From positions 33,887 through 97,886 of the forward strand of contig CAZSQX010000009.1 of the NCBI GenBank assembly GCA_964609125.1: 64,000 nucleotides of DNA. Direction: 5' to 3'. The DNA comes from an uncultured bacterium (GTDB lineage Bacteria > Eisenbacteria > RBG-16-71-46). The translations under genes and the position numbers were made by a program. Numbering within the stretch: position 1 is the first letter of the stretch; every line of letters begins with the position of its first letter. Below are positions 1 to 13,255 of this stretch, piece after piece. The notes below the pieces were generated by a model. The model saw only the letters and a program-made list of their open reading frames with translations, did not search any database and had not been told where the DNA came from.

Positions 1-633
1 GATGGTGCCGTTCGTGATCCACAGCTTCTCGCCGTTCAGGATGTACGCGCTGCCGTCCGCCGTGGGCATGGCCACGGTCGTCATGCGCGCCGGGTCGGAG
101 CCCACCTCCTTCTCGGTGAGCGCGAACGCCGAGATGGCGCCCTTCGCGAGCCGCGGCAGGAAGCGGTGCTTCTGCTCGGGCGTGCCGAACATCTTGACCG
201 GGCCGGGCACGCCGATGGACTGGTGCGCCGAGAGCAGCGCCACGATCGGGCTGCTCACCGTGGAGATGAGCGACATGGCGCGGCAGTACGTGTACTGCGA
301 CAGCTCGAGGCCGCCGTACTCGCGCGGGATCTTGATGCCGAACGCGCCGATGTCGCGCAGGCCCTGGATGGTCTCGTTCGGGATGCGCGCGTCGCGCTCG
401 ATCCGCTCGGCGTCCACCTTCTCGCGCAGGAACCGCTCGAGCGTGGCGAGGAAGCGCTCGCCGCGCTGCTGCTCCTCGGGGTCGGGCTCCGGCCACGGAT
501 GGATGAGGCTCAGGTCCAGCCGGCCCAGGAACAGCTCGCGAACGAACGACGGGGCTTCCCAGCTCGTCTCGCGCGCGCCCTCGGCGACGGCGCGGGCCTC
601 GTGCTCGCTCACGTTCGGCTTGGTCTCGCTCAT
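1..633 (-). CDS. acyl-CoA dehydrogenase (N-terminal part; 3' end runs off window start)
   Basis: Reverse-strand translation from the ATG at 633..631 gives MSETKPNVSEHEARAVAEGARETSWEAPSFVRELFLGRLDLSLIHPWPEPDPEEQQRGERFL...GAISAFALTEKEVGSDPARM...LNGEKLWITNGTI, a typical ACAD N-terminal/middle domain. This ORF is not in the supplied six-frame track but is clear by hand translation. Confidence 0.75.
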   Translation of the reverse strand, partial: MSETKPNVSEHEARAVAEGARETSWEAPSFVRELFLGRLDLSLIHPWPEPDPEEQQRGERFLATLERFLREKVDAERIERDARIPNETIQGLRDIGAFGIKIPREYGGLELSQYTYCRAMSLISTVSSPIVALLSAHQSIGVPGPVKMFGTPEQKHRFLPRLAKGAISAFALTEKEVGSDPARMTTVAMPTADGSAYILNGEKLWITNGTI

Positions 634-1005
634 GATCCCCTCGAGGTCGTGGTGCGGACCCGCGGCGGGCCTGCCGCGAGCCGGTCCCGGCCAATGTAGT
701 CCCCGGCGGAGCGCCTGCGCCAATGGTCCGGAAGGGGCAGCCGGCGCGCTCCCGCTCCGATGTTCTCGGCGGTTCGGCGTCGGTGCTTGAACGCGCGTTC
801 CGGGGCGACGGCCGGGGACGCGCCACCCTCGTCGCGAGGGGCCGCGACGCGATGCGACATGCACCCCGACCGTGCTCACGTCGTCGCCGCCCGAGCGTCC
901 ACCGTCTCCTCGTCGCGCCCCGCCTCCGCACGAACGACGCCCCTGACCGGGAGCGACCCCGGGATCCCCCCGCGCGCTGCCCCGCGCGGAGCCCCCGCCC
1001 CCGGA

Positions 1006-1455
1006 ATGTCCGAGCTCACCGGCCGCTCCTTTGAGACACGACTCGCCCCCGACCCCGCGCGCGCAGGGGTGTGGGGGACGCTCGTGCGCCACCGCCGCCC
1101 CTGCCTGCCCGCCGACGGAGCCGTGCTCGAGCTGGGCGCGGACCGGGTCGTCATCGAGCGGCGGCCCGACCATGGCTCGTGCCGCATGCGGGCGCTGGCC
1201 GAAGCCGCGGACGGGGCCGACCTGATCGTGCTGCGCGAGGGCGACCGCACGTTCTCGGGCGGCGACATCCGCGAGCCGCTCGCCTACCTGGAGAACTCCG
1301 ACCTGGTGCGCGGCACCCGCGAGACCGCAGGAACTCCGCGCGCGCGGCACGCAGATGCACTGGCTCATCCATCCTGCCGGCGACGTTCCGGCGCCGGATC
1401 GGGCTCTCGCAGGGCGTGGGCTCGAACAAGCGGACGGCCGCGCGCGAGGCGCTGA
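1006..1455 (+). CDS. hypothetical protein (weak call)
   Basis: ORF MSELTGRSFETRLAPDP...GDRTFSGGDIREPLAYLENSDLVRG lies in the gap between the acad start and the btuF-like stop. No recognisable family. In 70% GC DNA this could be a spurious ORF. Confidence 0.25.
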   Translation: MSELTGRSFETRLAPDPARAGVWGTLVRHRRPCLPADGAVLELGADRVVIERRPDHGSCRMRALAEAADGADLIVLREGDRTFSGGDIREPLAYLENSDLVRGTRETAGTPRARHADALAHPSCRRRSGAGSGSRRAWARTSGRPRARR

Positions 1456-1471
1456 GCATGCTGGCCCCGAT

Positions 1472-2413
1472 CTACCGCGCCTGAGCGGCTCCTGCCGGGC
1501 GGGGCGCCTCCCGCGCCCCGTCCCAGCGCTCCCAGCCGGCGCCCTCGTGGCCGAAGCGGAACGCGCCGGGGTGCATGGCCTCGGCGAGGCACTCGAGCGT
1601 CTCGGCCACGCGCGGGCCGGGGCGGTTGAAGAGAGCGCTGCCGTCGCCGAGGAACACGCGCCCGTCGCGCACCGCCCGGAGCCGCGGCCACTCGGGGTGC
1701 CGGACGAGGGCGCCCAGCTCGGCGCGCGTGCGCGCGAGGTCGAACCCGCACGGCGTGACCCAGATCACGTCCGGGTCGGCGGCGGCGAGCTGGCCGAACG
1801 CGACCGGGCCCGCGTGCGCGCCCGCCTCCCCCAGCACGTCCGTCGCGCCGGCGAGCTCCAGCAGCTCGGGCGTCCAATTGCCGGCCGCCATGAGCGGCTC
1901 GATCCATTCGATGCACGCGACGCGCGGCCGCCCGAGCCCGCGCGCGCGCTCGGCGATGGCGCGCATGCGCGAGCGCAGCCGGGTCACCAGCTGCACGCCG
2001 CGCTCGGGCACTCCGAGCGCGCCGGCGATCGCGCGCATGTCGGCCCACACGTCGGCGAGCGCGTCCGGGCGCATCGAGACGATGGCGGGGCGCGAGGGCA
2101 GCGCCGCGCGCACGGCCTCCTCCACGTCGCGCAGGCTGACCGCGCACACCTCGCACTGGACCTGGGTCACGATCAGCTCCGGAGCGAGCGCCGCGAGCAG
2201 GCCGTGGTCCACGAGATAGACGCCGAGGGCGTCGGAGACGAGCGTGCGCACGTCGCGGTCGATCGCGGCCGAAGGCCGGGCGGGGTCGAGCCGCGGCCGG
2301 GTCACCGCCGGGAGGCGGCGGACCCATGCGGGGTGGTCGCACTCGTGCGAGCGGCCCACGAGCCGCTCGCCACAGTCGAGCGCGCACACGATCTCGGTGC
2401 CCGAAGCGAGCAA
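1472..2413 (-). CDS. ABC-type periplasmic binding protein, BtuF/FecB-like (cobalamin/siderophore class)
   Basis: 313 aa: MLASGTEIVCALDCGERLVGRSHECDHPAWVRRLP...DPDVIWVTPCGFDLA...RDGRVFLGDGSALFNRPGPRVAETLECLAEAMHP. This is the class III helical-backbone binding-protein pattern seen in BtuF. Confidence 0.7.
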   Translation of the reverse strand: MLASGTEIVCALDCGERLVGRSHECDHPAWVRRLPAVTRPRLDPARPSAAIDRDVRTLVSDALGVYLVDHGLLAALAPELIVTQVQCEVCAVSLRDVEEAVRAALPSRPAIVSMRPDALADVWADMRAIAGALGVPERGVQLVTRLRSRMRAIAERARGLGRPRVACIEWIEPLMAAGNWTPELLELAGATDVLGEAGAHAGPVAFGQLAAADPDVIWVTPCGFDLARTRAELGALVRHPEWPRLRAVRDGRVFLGDGSALFNRPGPRVAETLECLAEAMHPGAFRFGHEGAGWERWDGAREAPRPAGAAQAR

Positions 2414-2797
2414 CGTGACGACGCGTCGTGGTTCCAGGGGACCCTCCGGGTGGACGACCGGAAGCCCCGGGCAGCGTCCGGGGCGTTCGGGGGCGGTCCC
2501 CGGTTACTACCCCGCGGGCGGCGGTTCTCTCCCGGGCTGGACCGCCCCGGGCCGCGGCAGCCCTCATCTCCCGGGCGCGCACGCCCGCCCCAATCTTCCG
2601 CCCGCGCAATCGCTTGTCCGTTCCTTGAGGGTTCGGGTATCCTGCCGCGCCCTCCGGGACAGGGCCTCCCTGCCCCGCGGGTGAATCCGCTCCCCGCCGG
2701 CCCGGCCGCCATGCCAGCTCCACCTCCCGCGCGGCCGCGGTGCGTCGGGCCCCGGCCTGCCGCCGGGATCCTCACTCAACCGCATCAGGAGCCGACG

Positions 2798-5200
<2,403 letters not shown>

Positions 5201-5223
5201 CGGGAGTGGCGGGGATCCTCGAC

Positions 5224-5250
5224 GGCCCGGTCGGCCCCGCCGACCGGGCC
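5224..5250 (+). terminator. GC-rich hairpin downstream of hppA (candidate terminator)
   Basis: ggcccggtcgg-ccccg-ccgaccgggcc forms an 11-bp perfect stem starting 24 nt after the hppA stop. There is no U-tract, as expected for a high-GC genome. Confidence 0.4.
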
Positions 5251-5612
5251 GGTCCGTTCCAGGGGGCCGTGGGCGCGGGGACCGCCGGCGGCGAGCCGGC
5301 CGCGAGCAGCCCGGCCGAGGTCGGACCGCCACCGGGGAGGCTCCGGAGGCCCGGGACCGCTCGGGCTGGCGGACGACGCTGCGGGTGGCTGGGGCGTTCG
5401 TCCTGGTCCGGCGCGCCGGCCCGCCGGGACTGGGGGGAGCGCCCGGTCAGGGGAGGACGGGCGGGCCCGGGCTTCCGCAGGACCCGGTGGCCGGAACGGC
5501 TGTGTCGTGGTCTCGCCCTCCAGGTCTCCGGAGGCTCCCCCGGCCGCGCTCGGCAACGATACCGGCCGCTCGGTGGGCGATTCTTCGTCGCTCGTCGGCT
5601 CCGGAAATTTGT

Positions 5613-5640
5613 TTGAATCCTGCAGGGTCGCCGCTAAACT
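5613..5640 (+). promoter_or_regulatory. sigma70-like promoter candidate for the downstream hydrolase gene
   Basis: TTGAAT-N16-TAAACT sits in a locally AT-richer patch about 47 nt upstream of the ATG at 5687. Confidence 0.35.
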
Positions 5641-5686
5641 CGGCCGCCGGTACCTCCGTCCCCATGGCCATGAGGGCTATCCCCCT

Positions 5687-7753
5687 ATGAGGCAATGCCG
5701 ACTGACGACCCGTCCCCGAATCGCCAGCCTCCTCGCCCTGCTCCTCGTCGCTTCGTCAGCCCAGGCCAGCACCCCCGTCCAGAACATCCGGGCGGACTTC
5801 CACGACGGCCAGACGTTCCTCACCTGGGACAACCTCCCGGGAACGGGCTGGATCTACCACGTCTTCTCGTCCTCCGCCCCGGTCACGCACGCGAAGCACC
5901 TGGACGAGGCGATCGAGCTGGCCCAGGTGGGCGACCTGAGCGCCGTGGACACCCGGATGACGTCGCTGCTCGGCGAGCAGGTGACGTTCCGAATCGCCGA
6001 GGACCAGCCGCCGCTCGAGCCCACGCGCGGGCTGTTCGTGCACACGCCGACCGTCGGCGCGCTCAATTACTACGCGGTGACCGCGGAGCGGGTCGGCTAC
6101 GGGGAGTCCCGCAAGGTGGTCGTGGGAGAGAACGTCACCGCGGAGCCGGTCTGGGAGCGCGTGCAGAAGCCCAGGCCCGTCTGGCAGCGCACGCTCCTGC
6201 GCCCCGCGGGCGAGGATTACGTGCTGTGGACGTCCAATGCGGCGTCGCCCCTGTTCCCGGCGATGGCGAACCTGCCTGGCCGCGCCACCCACGTCGGCGT
6301 CATCCGCGGGCAGCCCGGCGGCGCGCTCGTCCTGCACGGTCACGGGCGCGGCGGGAACCTGTTCAACGCGCTCTCCGGCACGGGGGTCCCGGGGGAGTGG
6401 GTGCTCGCCATCGACGACCACCTGCCCACCACGGACTACTCCTCGTTCTACTTCGGCTACGAGGTGAACTACGACGTCGAGCAGGCGACGAACTTCCCGC
6501 GCACGCAGGGAGGCCTGGTCGCCGACTTCACCGAGCGCCGGGTCCTGTACCTGCTCGACTGGGCGAACTCCGAGTTCGTGCACGACCCCGAGCGCGTCTA
6601 CGCCATGGGCGTCTCGATGGGCGGATCGTTCGCGTTCTTCCTCGCCTGGCACCATCCCGACAGGATCGCCGGGAGCCTTGCGGTGATCCCCAAGATCTGC
6701 CTCGGCTACCGCCCCGACGTCTACCCGGGGCTGCGCGAGTCCCTCGACCGCATGTGGGGCTCGCCGGACATCGATCTCCCGACCACGGCCGGGCTGCGCG
6801 TGTTCCAGTGGATGGACGGCCGGGAACAGGCGCGCATCGGCCGGCGCCGCGGCTCGGCTCCCATCGTCGGCTTCTGCGGCACCAACGACGACGTCGTCGG
6901 CTGGGGCGAGAAGGTCGCCTACTTCCAGGCGATGGAGACCGAGCGCTCGGGCGGGACCTGGTTCTGGGACGATCGCAGCCACTGGACGCCACACCAGGAG
7001 ACGGCCTGGGCGCCGATGATGGCGAGCAGCCAGCTCTACAAGTTCCGCCGCAACCAGAGCTACCCCGCGTTCAGCGGCGCCTCGAACAACTCCGACTTCG
7101 GCACGGGCGACCCCGGCACCGCCGACCCCATCGGCACCATCAACGGCTCGCTGGACTGGGACTCCGCCTCGATCACCGACGAGCAGCTCCGCTGGGAGGT
7201 GTCGCTGCGCACGCGCGGGCTCACCACCCAGGACGGCGTGCTCGGCGCGCCGGACATGGTCGAGGTGGACATCACGCCGCGTCGGGTGCAGCGATTCATC
7301 GTCGCCCAGCGCGTGGACTACCGTTACGAGGTGCGCCGTGAGACCGACGGCGCGATCGTCCAGTCCGGCATCGCCACGCCCGACGAGGACGCCATTCTCA
7401 CGCTGCCGCGCATCCAGGTGCTGCGCGCGGGCGTGCGGCTGGCCGTGTTCCCCACCGCGATCGCCGGCGTCTCGCCCGACCTCGATGTGCGGCGGCAGCC
7501 GTTCCTCTCGCTGTCGCGGAACCCGGTCCGTGGCCACGCCTCGCTCACGATCGAGTGGCCGGCCGACGGTGACGCGCGAGTGGAGCTCTACGACATGCAG
7601 GGCCGCCGCGTCCGCACCGTGTTCCAGGGCGCGGTCGCCGGGCGGCTCACCGAGCGCACCTTGCGCACCGATGGCCTGGCACCCGGGCTCTACGTGCTCG
7701 CCGCGCACCAGGGCGGAGCCCGGTCCACGCGCCGGGTCACCGTCCTCGAGTAG
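5687..7753 (+). CDS. secreted alpha/beta-hydrolase (esterase-like) with C-terminal T9SS-type sorting/Ig-like domain
   Basis: Signal peptide MRQCRLTTRPRIASLLALLLVASSAQA. GxSxG nucleophile elbow GVSMGGSFAFFLAWHHPDRI. The C-terminal ~80 aa (NPVRGHASLTIEWPADGDARVELYDMQGRRVRTVFQG...PGLYVLAA...VTVLE) resembles Por-secretion/T9SS C-terminal domains. Confidence 0.7.
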   Translation: MRQCRLTTRPRIASLLALLLVASSAQASTPVQNIRADFHDGQTFLTWDNLPGTGWIYHVFSSSAPVTHAKHLDEAIELAQVGDLSAVDTRMTSLLGEQVTFRIAEDQPPLEPTRGLFVHTPTVGALNYYAVTAERVGYGESRKVVVGENVTAEPVWERVQKPRPVWQRTLLRPAGEDYVLWTSNAASPLFPAMANLPGRATHVGVIRGQPGGALVLHGHGRGGNLFNALSGTGVPGEWVLAIDDHLPTTDYSSFYFGYEVNYDVEQATNFPRTQGGLVADFTERRVLYLLDWANSEFVHDPERVYAMGVSMGGSFAFFLAWHHPDRIAGSLAVIPKICLGYRPDVYPGLRESLDRMWGSPDIDLPTTAGLRVFQWMDGREQARIGRRRGSAPIVGFCGTNDDVVGWGEKVAYFQAMETERSGGTWFWDDRSHWTPHQETAWAPMMASSQLYKFRRNQSYPAFSGASNNSDFGTGDPGTADPIGTINGSLDWDSASITDEQLRWEVSLRTRGLTTQDGVLGAPDMVEVDITPRRVQRFIVAQRVDYRYEVRRETDGAIVQSGIATPDEDAILTLPRIQVLRAGVRLAVFPTAIAGVSPDLDVRRQPFLSLSRNPVRGHASLTIEWPADGDARVELYDMQGRRVRTVFQGAVAGRLTERTLRTDGLAPGLYVLAAHQGGARSTRRVTVLE

Positions 7754-7813
7754 CGCGCCGCGCGCGCCGCGCGGGCCCGTTTCCACGGTCCGCGCGGCAC
7801 GTCGCGCGGACCT

Positions 7814-9166
7814 TCACAGCTCGTTCCGCCGGATCACCTCGGCGTAGCGCCACGCGCTCGGGCGGATGCGCCGTTCCTGCGTGTCGAAGTCCACCTCGAC
7901 CAGCCCGAACCGGCCGCGGTAGCCGTCGGCCCACTCGAAGTTGTCGAGCAGCGACCAGTGCAGGTAGCCGAAGCAGTCCACGCCGTCCGCGATGGCGCGC
8001 GCCACCTGCCACAGGTGCATGAACAGGAACACCCAGCGGTCGTCGTCGCGCCGCGTGGGGATCCCGTTCTCGGTGATGAGGATCGGCAGCCGGTAGCGCG
8101 AGTACTCGCGCAGGAATTGCGCCAGGCCCTCCGGGTAGACCTCCCAGCCGAGGTCGTTAAGCTTCCCGCGCTGCTGCCGGTGGTCGCGCGCCGCGAGGTC
8201 GCCCACCAGGCCGGGCAGGTCGAGGCCCGAGTTCCGCACGAAGTCGCGCGTGTAGTAGTTGACGCCGATGAAGTCGAGCGTGCGCGCGATGGGCAGCCGC
8301 TCCCAGAACAGCCCCGGCACGCGCAGCGCGCCGGTGTGGAGCGCCTCCAGGAACAGGTGGTTGAACAGGTGCCCGCGCACCCGCACCGACCAGCGGTCGC
8401 GCCAGCGGCGGGGATCGTCCGGCGACAGGGCGAGCGCGTGCTTCGCGATGCTGACGCGCGCGCCGGGCTGGTGCGCGTGGATGACGTGGTAGAGCCGCAC
8501 GTGCGCGCGCAGCATGTGGCGCAGCACCTTGAGCGCGGTCGTCCAGGCCCGCGTCCGCCCCGGGGGCCACTGGCCGAGGAGCCAGCCCTTGAACACCTGC
8601 ACCACGGGCTCGTTGAGCGTGATCCAGGTGTGCGCGAGCGGGCCGAGCGCCTCCATCACCCGGGCGACGTAGCGGGCGAGGAAGCGCTCGAGGTGCGGGT
8701 CCTCCCAGCCGCCACGGGCCGCCACCCACTGCGGCAGCGTGTAGTGGACCAGCGTCACCACCGGCTCCATGCCGCGCTCGTGGAGCGCGAGCAGCACCTC
8801 GCGATAGTGCTCGAGCGCCGAGTCGTCCCAGCGGCCCTGCTCCGGCTCGATCCGGCTCCATTCCAGCGACAGCCGGTGCGCGGTGTGGCCGAGCGCGCGC
8901 GCGAGGTCGAAGTCGGCCCGAAAGCGGTTCCAGTGGTCGCACGCGGCCCCGCTCGGCTCGGGCACCCGCCCCGCCTGCTCCCACGCCCACCAGTCGTTGA
9001 GCACGTTGCCGCCCTCGACCTGGTGCGCCGAGGTCGCCGCGCCCCACAGGAACCCGTCCGGGAACCGGAAGTTCGCGGCCCCGCCCGACGCGGCGTCCCC
9101 GGACGCGGTCGGCCCCGGTTGACGGCCGTGCGCCGGTTCGGCGTACTCTGCACGGTCGTTCGGCAT
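7814..9166 (-). CDS. bglA: GH1 family beta-glucosidase
   Basis: 451 aa from the ATG at 9166 (MPNDRAEYAEP...). Family hallmarks FLWGAATSAHQVEGG, TLNEP and ITENG (catalytic nucleophile). The upstream part of the long ORF is frame artefact. Confidence 0.9.
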   Translation of the reverse strand: MPNDRAEYAEPAHGRQPGPTASGDAASGGAANFRFPDGFLWGAATSAHQVEGGNVLNDWWAWEQAGRVPEPSGAACDHWNRFRADFDLARALGHTAHRLSLEWSRIEPEQGRWDDSALEHYREVLLALHERGMEPVVTLVHYTLPQWVAARGGWEDPHLERFLARYVARVMEALGPLAHTWITLNEPVVQVFKGWLLGQWPPGRTRAWTTALKVLRHMLRAHVRLYHVIHAHQPGARVSIAKHALALSPDDPRRWRDRWSVRVRGHLFNHLFLEALHTGALRVPGLFWERLPIARTLDFIGVNYYTRDFVRNSGLDLPGLVGDLAARDHRQQRGKLNDLGWEVYPEGLAQFLREYSRYRLPILITENGIPTRRDDDRWVFLFMHLWQVARAIADGVDCFGYLHWSLLDNFEWADGYRGRFGLVEVDFDTQERRIRPSAWRYAEVIRRNEL

Positions 9167-9304
9167 TGTCAGGTGGAGTATCGGCCACGCGCCGAGGCGC
9201 TCACAAGCCATGCGCGGCCCCGTAGCGGCCCGGCGTCCCGCGGCGCGCCGCCGGGCCGCGACGCGATCCACGCGCTCCCCACCCCCACTCGCGGAGTCCC
9301 ACGC

Positions 9305-9874
9305 ATGAAGCTGGTCACGCACCGCATCCGGATCCCCAAGCGCCGCCGCTCGGCCGAGGTCGCCTCGTTCCTCGAGCAGCTCGACGACCTGAACCGGCGC
9401 CTTGTCGAGGACCTGCGCGGCATCGGCGCCGCCGAGCTGGCCTGGCAGCCGAAGCGCGGCATGAACACGATCGGCATGCTGCTCGCGCACATGGCCATCG
9501 TGGAGGTGTTCTGGACGCTGGTCGCGTTCGAACGCTCCACGCCCGAGGCGCTCGAGCAGGCGCTGGGGCTCGGCATCGACGACGACGGCATGCCGCTGCC
9601 GCCGGACGGCGCGCCGCCACGGGGCCTGCGCGGCCGCTCGCTCCGCTGGTACGCGGGGCACCTCGCCCGCGCGCGCGCGTTCTCGCGCCGGTCGTTCGCG
9701 GGCCTCGGCCCGCGCGGCCTCGAGCGCGAGGTCGAGCGGACCCGCCGCAGGGACGGGCAGCGTTCGCGCGTCAACCTGCGCTGGATCCTCTACCACGTGC
9801 TCGAGCACCAGGCCGGCCACCACGGCCAGATCCTGCTGCTCCGTCACCAGTATCGCGACCGGAGGAGGCCGTGA
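9305..9874 (+). CDS. DinB/YfiT-like (DinB_2 superfamily) metal-dependent hydrolase/thiol transferase-like protein
   Basis: 189 aa: MKLVTHRIRIPKRRRSAEVASFLEQLDDLNRRLVEDLRGIGAAELAWQPKRGMNTIGMLLAHMAIVEVFW...ILYHVLEHQAGHHGQI. The helix-bundle His motifs are typical of DinB_2. Confidence 0.75.
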   Translation: MKLVTHRIRIPKRRRSAEVASFLEQLDDLNRRLVEDLRGIGAAELAWQPKRGMNTIGMLLAHMAIVEVFWTLVAFERSTPEALEQALGLGIDDDGMPLPPDGAPPRGLRGRSLRWYAGHLARARAFSRRSFAGLGPRGLEREVERTRRRDGQRSRVNLRWILYHVLEHQAGHHGQILLLRHQYRDRRRP

Positions 9875-10431
9875 GCGAGCCCCGAAGGGTCGAGACGCGC
9901 ATCGTGCCGGCGGCGGGCTTCCGCAGTGCGGAAGTCGCGGTGAAGGTGAGCGAGATCGCCGCCGTGCACGCTCTGCTGGCGGAGGCGAGCGACGGGCTCA
10001 CGGCCGCCCAGCTCGAGCGCCAGCCGGCGCCCGGGCGCAACACCATCGGCATGCTGCTCGCGCACGTCGCGGTGGCCGAGACGCACCTCGGCCAGGTCGG
10101 GCTCCTCGGCGAGCGCGACGGCCACGTCCACGACGTGATCGGCATCACGGTGGAGGACGAGGGGATGCCGCTGGCCCCGGGCGCCGGCCCGTCCCCGGCG
10201 CTCTCCGGGCGCGAGCGCGCGTTCTTCCTGGACCTGCTCGCGCGAGCGCACGCGCACACGCGCGCCGTGTGCGCGAACCTCGAAGACGCCGACCTCGCCG
10301 CCGACATCGTGCGCCCGCCCCGTCCCGACGGCACCCAGCGCGTCTTCGACCGGCGCTACATCCTGTTCCACATGGTGGAGCACGCCGCGCTCCACCTGGG
10401 CCAGATCCGGGCGCTGCGCGCGGCGATGTAG
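9871..10431 (+). CDS. DinB_2-family paralog, in tandem with the previous gene
   Basis: GTG start overlaps the previous stop (GTGA) and is preceded by GGAGGAGG. Sequence ...PAPGRNTIGMLLAHVAVAETHL...ILFHMVEHAALHLGQIRAL parallels the upstream copy. Confidence 0.75.
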   Translation: MSEPRRVETRIVPAAGFRSAEVAVKVSEIAAVHALLAEASDGLTAAQLERQPAPGRNTIGMLLAHVAVAETHLGQVGLLGERDGHVHDVIGITVEDEGMPLAPGAGPSPALSGRERAFFLDLLARAHAHTRAVCANLEDADLAADIVRPPRPDGTQRVFDRRYILFHMVEHAALHLGQIRALRAAM

Positions 10432-10487
10432 CGCGGCCTCGCGGCCGGCCGGGCCGGTGGGGCCACCGCGCGCGGCCCGCCGGACGC

Positions 10488-10521
10488 GGGCGCGGCCCGG
10501 GCGGAAGCCCGGGCCGCGCGG
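10488..10521. terminator. perfect 13-bp GC hairpin between convergent genes (bidirectional terminator candidate)
   Basis: gcgcggcccgggc-ggaa-gcccgggccgcgc lies between the DinB-2 stop (10431) and the ahcY stop (10546). Confidence 0.5.
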
Positions 10522-10545
10522 GTCTGCAGGTCGATCCGGCGGGGC

Positions 10546-12220
<1,675 letters not shown>

Positions 12221-12293
12221 CCGGCCGCCGTCGCGGCGAGCCCCGGCGTCCGGCGAGCGAAGTCGCCCCGGGCCGACGCGATGCGGAGCCGGC

Positions 12294-12800
12294 ATGATCG
12301 CGGTGGACAGCGGCGTGCTCGTGCTGGCCGCGAACCGCCACACGCGCGAGCACGCCCGGGCCGCGGAGCTGCTCGAATCGCTCGCCGACGGCGAGCGGCC
12401 CTGGGCGCTCCCGTGGAGCGCCGCGCATGAGTTCCTGGCGTTCGTCACCCACCCGCACGCCGTGGCGCGGGCGCTGGGCCCCACGGACGCGTGGGCGTTC
12501 CTCGACGCGCTGCGAGCGAGCCCGTCGCTCCGGCTGCTCGGGCCCACCGAGCGCCACGCCGAGGCGTGCGCCGAGGTGCTGGCGCTGCGCGCGGCGGGGA
12601 CCACGGGGCTGCCGGGGTCGTTCGAGACGGCGGTGCTCCTCCGGGAGCACGGCCTGCGCGAGCTGCTCTCCCCCGACCCGGACATGCGCCTCTGGAGCTT
12701 CCTCGACGTCCGCGACCCGTTCCACGGCGAAGGCTGGGTGCCCGGCGCGCCCCCGGCGCGCCGATACCGGAGGTTCGCCCGCACCGGCGCTCGCGGATGA
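12294..12800 (+). CDS. PIN-domain toxin (VapC-like ribonuclease)
   Basis: MIAVDSGVLVLAANRHTREHARAAELLESLADG... has the PIN N-terminal acidic motif (D5 equivalent in MIAVDSGVLV) plus internal acidic residues. 73-nt gap after the antitoxin. The C-terminal ~35 aa may be over-extension. Confidence 0.6.
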   Translation: MIAVDSGVLVLAANRHTREHARAAELLESLADGERPWALPWSAAHEFLAFVTHPHAVARALGPTDAWAFLDALRASPSLRLLGPTERHAEACAEVLALRAAGTTGLPGSFETAVLLREHGLRELLSPDPDMRLWSFLDVRDPFHGEGWVPGAPPARRYRRFARTGARG

Positions 12801-12847
12801 TGCGGCGCCGCGTGTAGTGTCACGGACCCGTCCCCGAGGATCCGAGC

Positions 12848-13255
12848 ATGAGCGACGCACGAATCGCCACGACCCCCGAGCCGCCCTACTGGGTGGTCAT
12901 GTTCACGAGCCGGCATTCCGGCGCCGACCGTGATGCCTACGAGCGCATGGGCGACGCCATGGTCGCCCTCGCCGCGAAGCAGCCCGGGTTCCTCGGCGTC
13001 GAGAGCACGCGCGACGACGAGGGCGTCGGGATCACGCTCTGCTACTGGGCGAGCGAGCAGGCGATCCACGACTGGAAGCGCGTGGCGGCGCACGCCGAAG
13101 CGCAGCGGCTGGGCCACGAGCGCTGGTACGAGGACTTCGCCCTGCGCGTGGCCCGCGTCGAGCGGGCCTACACCAAGGCCACGAGCGAACGGGCGGGGCT
13201 CACGGCCGCCGAGCCCGCCACGCCGCGAGCACCTCGGCCTCGCGCCCGGGCGTGA
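12848..13255 (+). CDS. antibiotic-biosynthesis-monooxygenase (ABM)-like domain protein
   Basis: 135 aa: YWVVMFTSRHSGADRDAYERMGDAMVALAAKQPGFLGVESTRDDEGVGITLCYWASEQAIHDWKRVAAHAEAQRLGHERWYEDFALRVARVERAY. This is the ferredoxin-like ABM pattern. The 3' end overlaps the convergent epimerase by 56 nt. Confidence 0.55.
   Translation: MSDARIATTPEPPYWVVMFTSRHSGADRDAYERMGDAMVALAAKQPGFLGVESTRDDEGVGITLCYWASEQAIHDWKRVAAHAEAQRLGHERWYEDFALRVARVERAYTKATSERAGLTAAEPATPRAPRPRARA

Noticed and set aside
2414-2797. Cobalamin riboswitch upstream of the BtuF-like gene
   Set aside because: No GCCACTG B12-box or other conserved riboswitch core on either strand.
5600-5640. tRNA T-loop-like GTTTGAATCC upstream of the hydrolase gene
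   Set aside because: It has T instead of the near-invariant C56 and lacks the flanking stems. It is more plausibly the -35/-10 promoter region (TTGAAT-N16-TAAACT).
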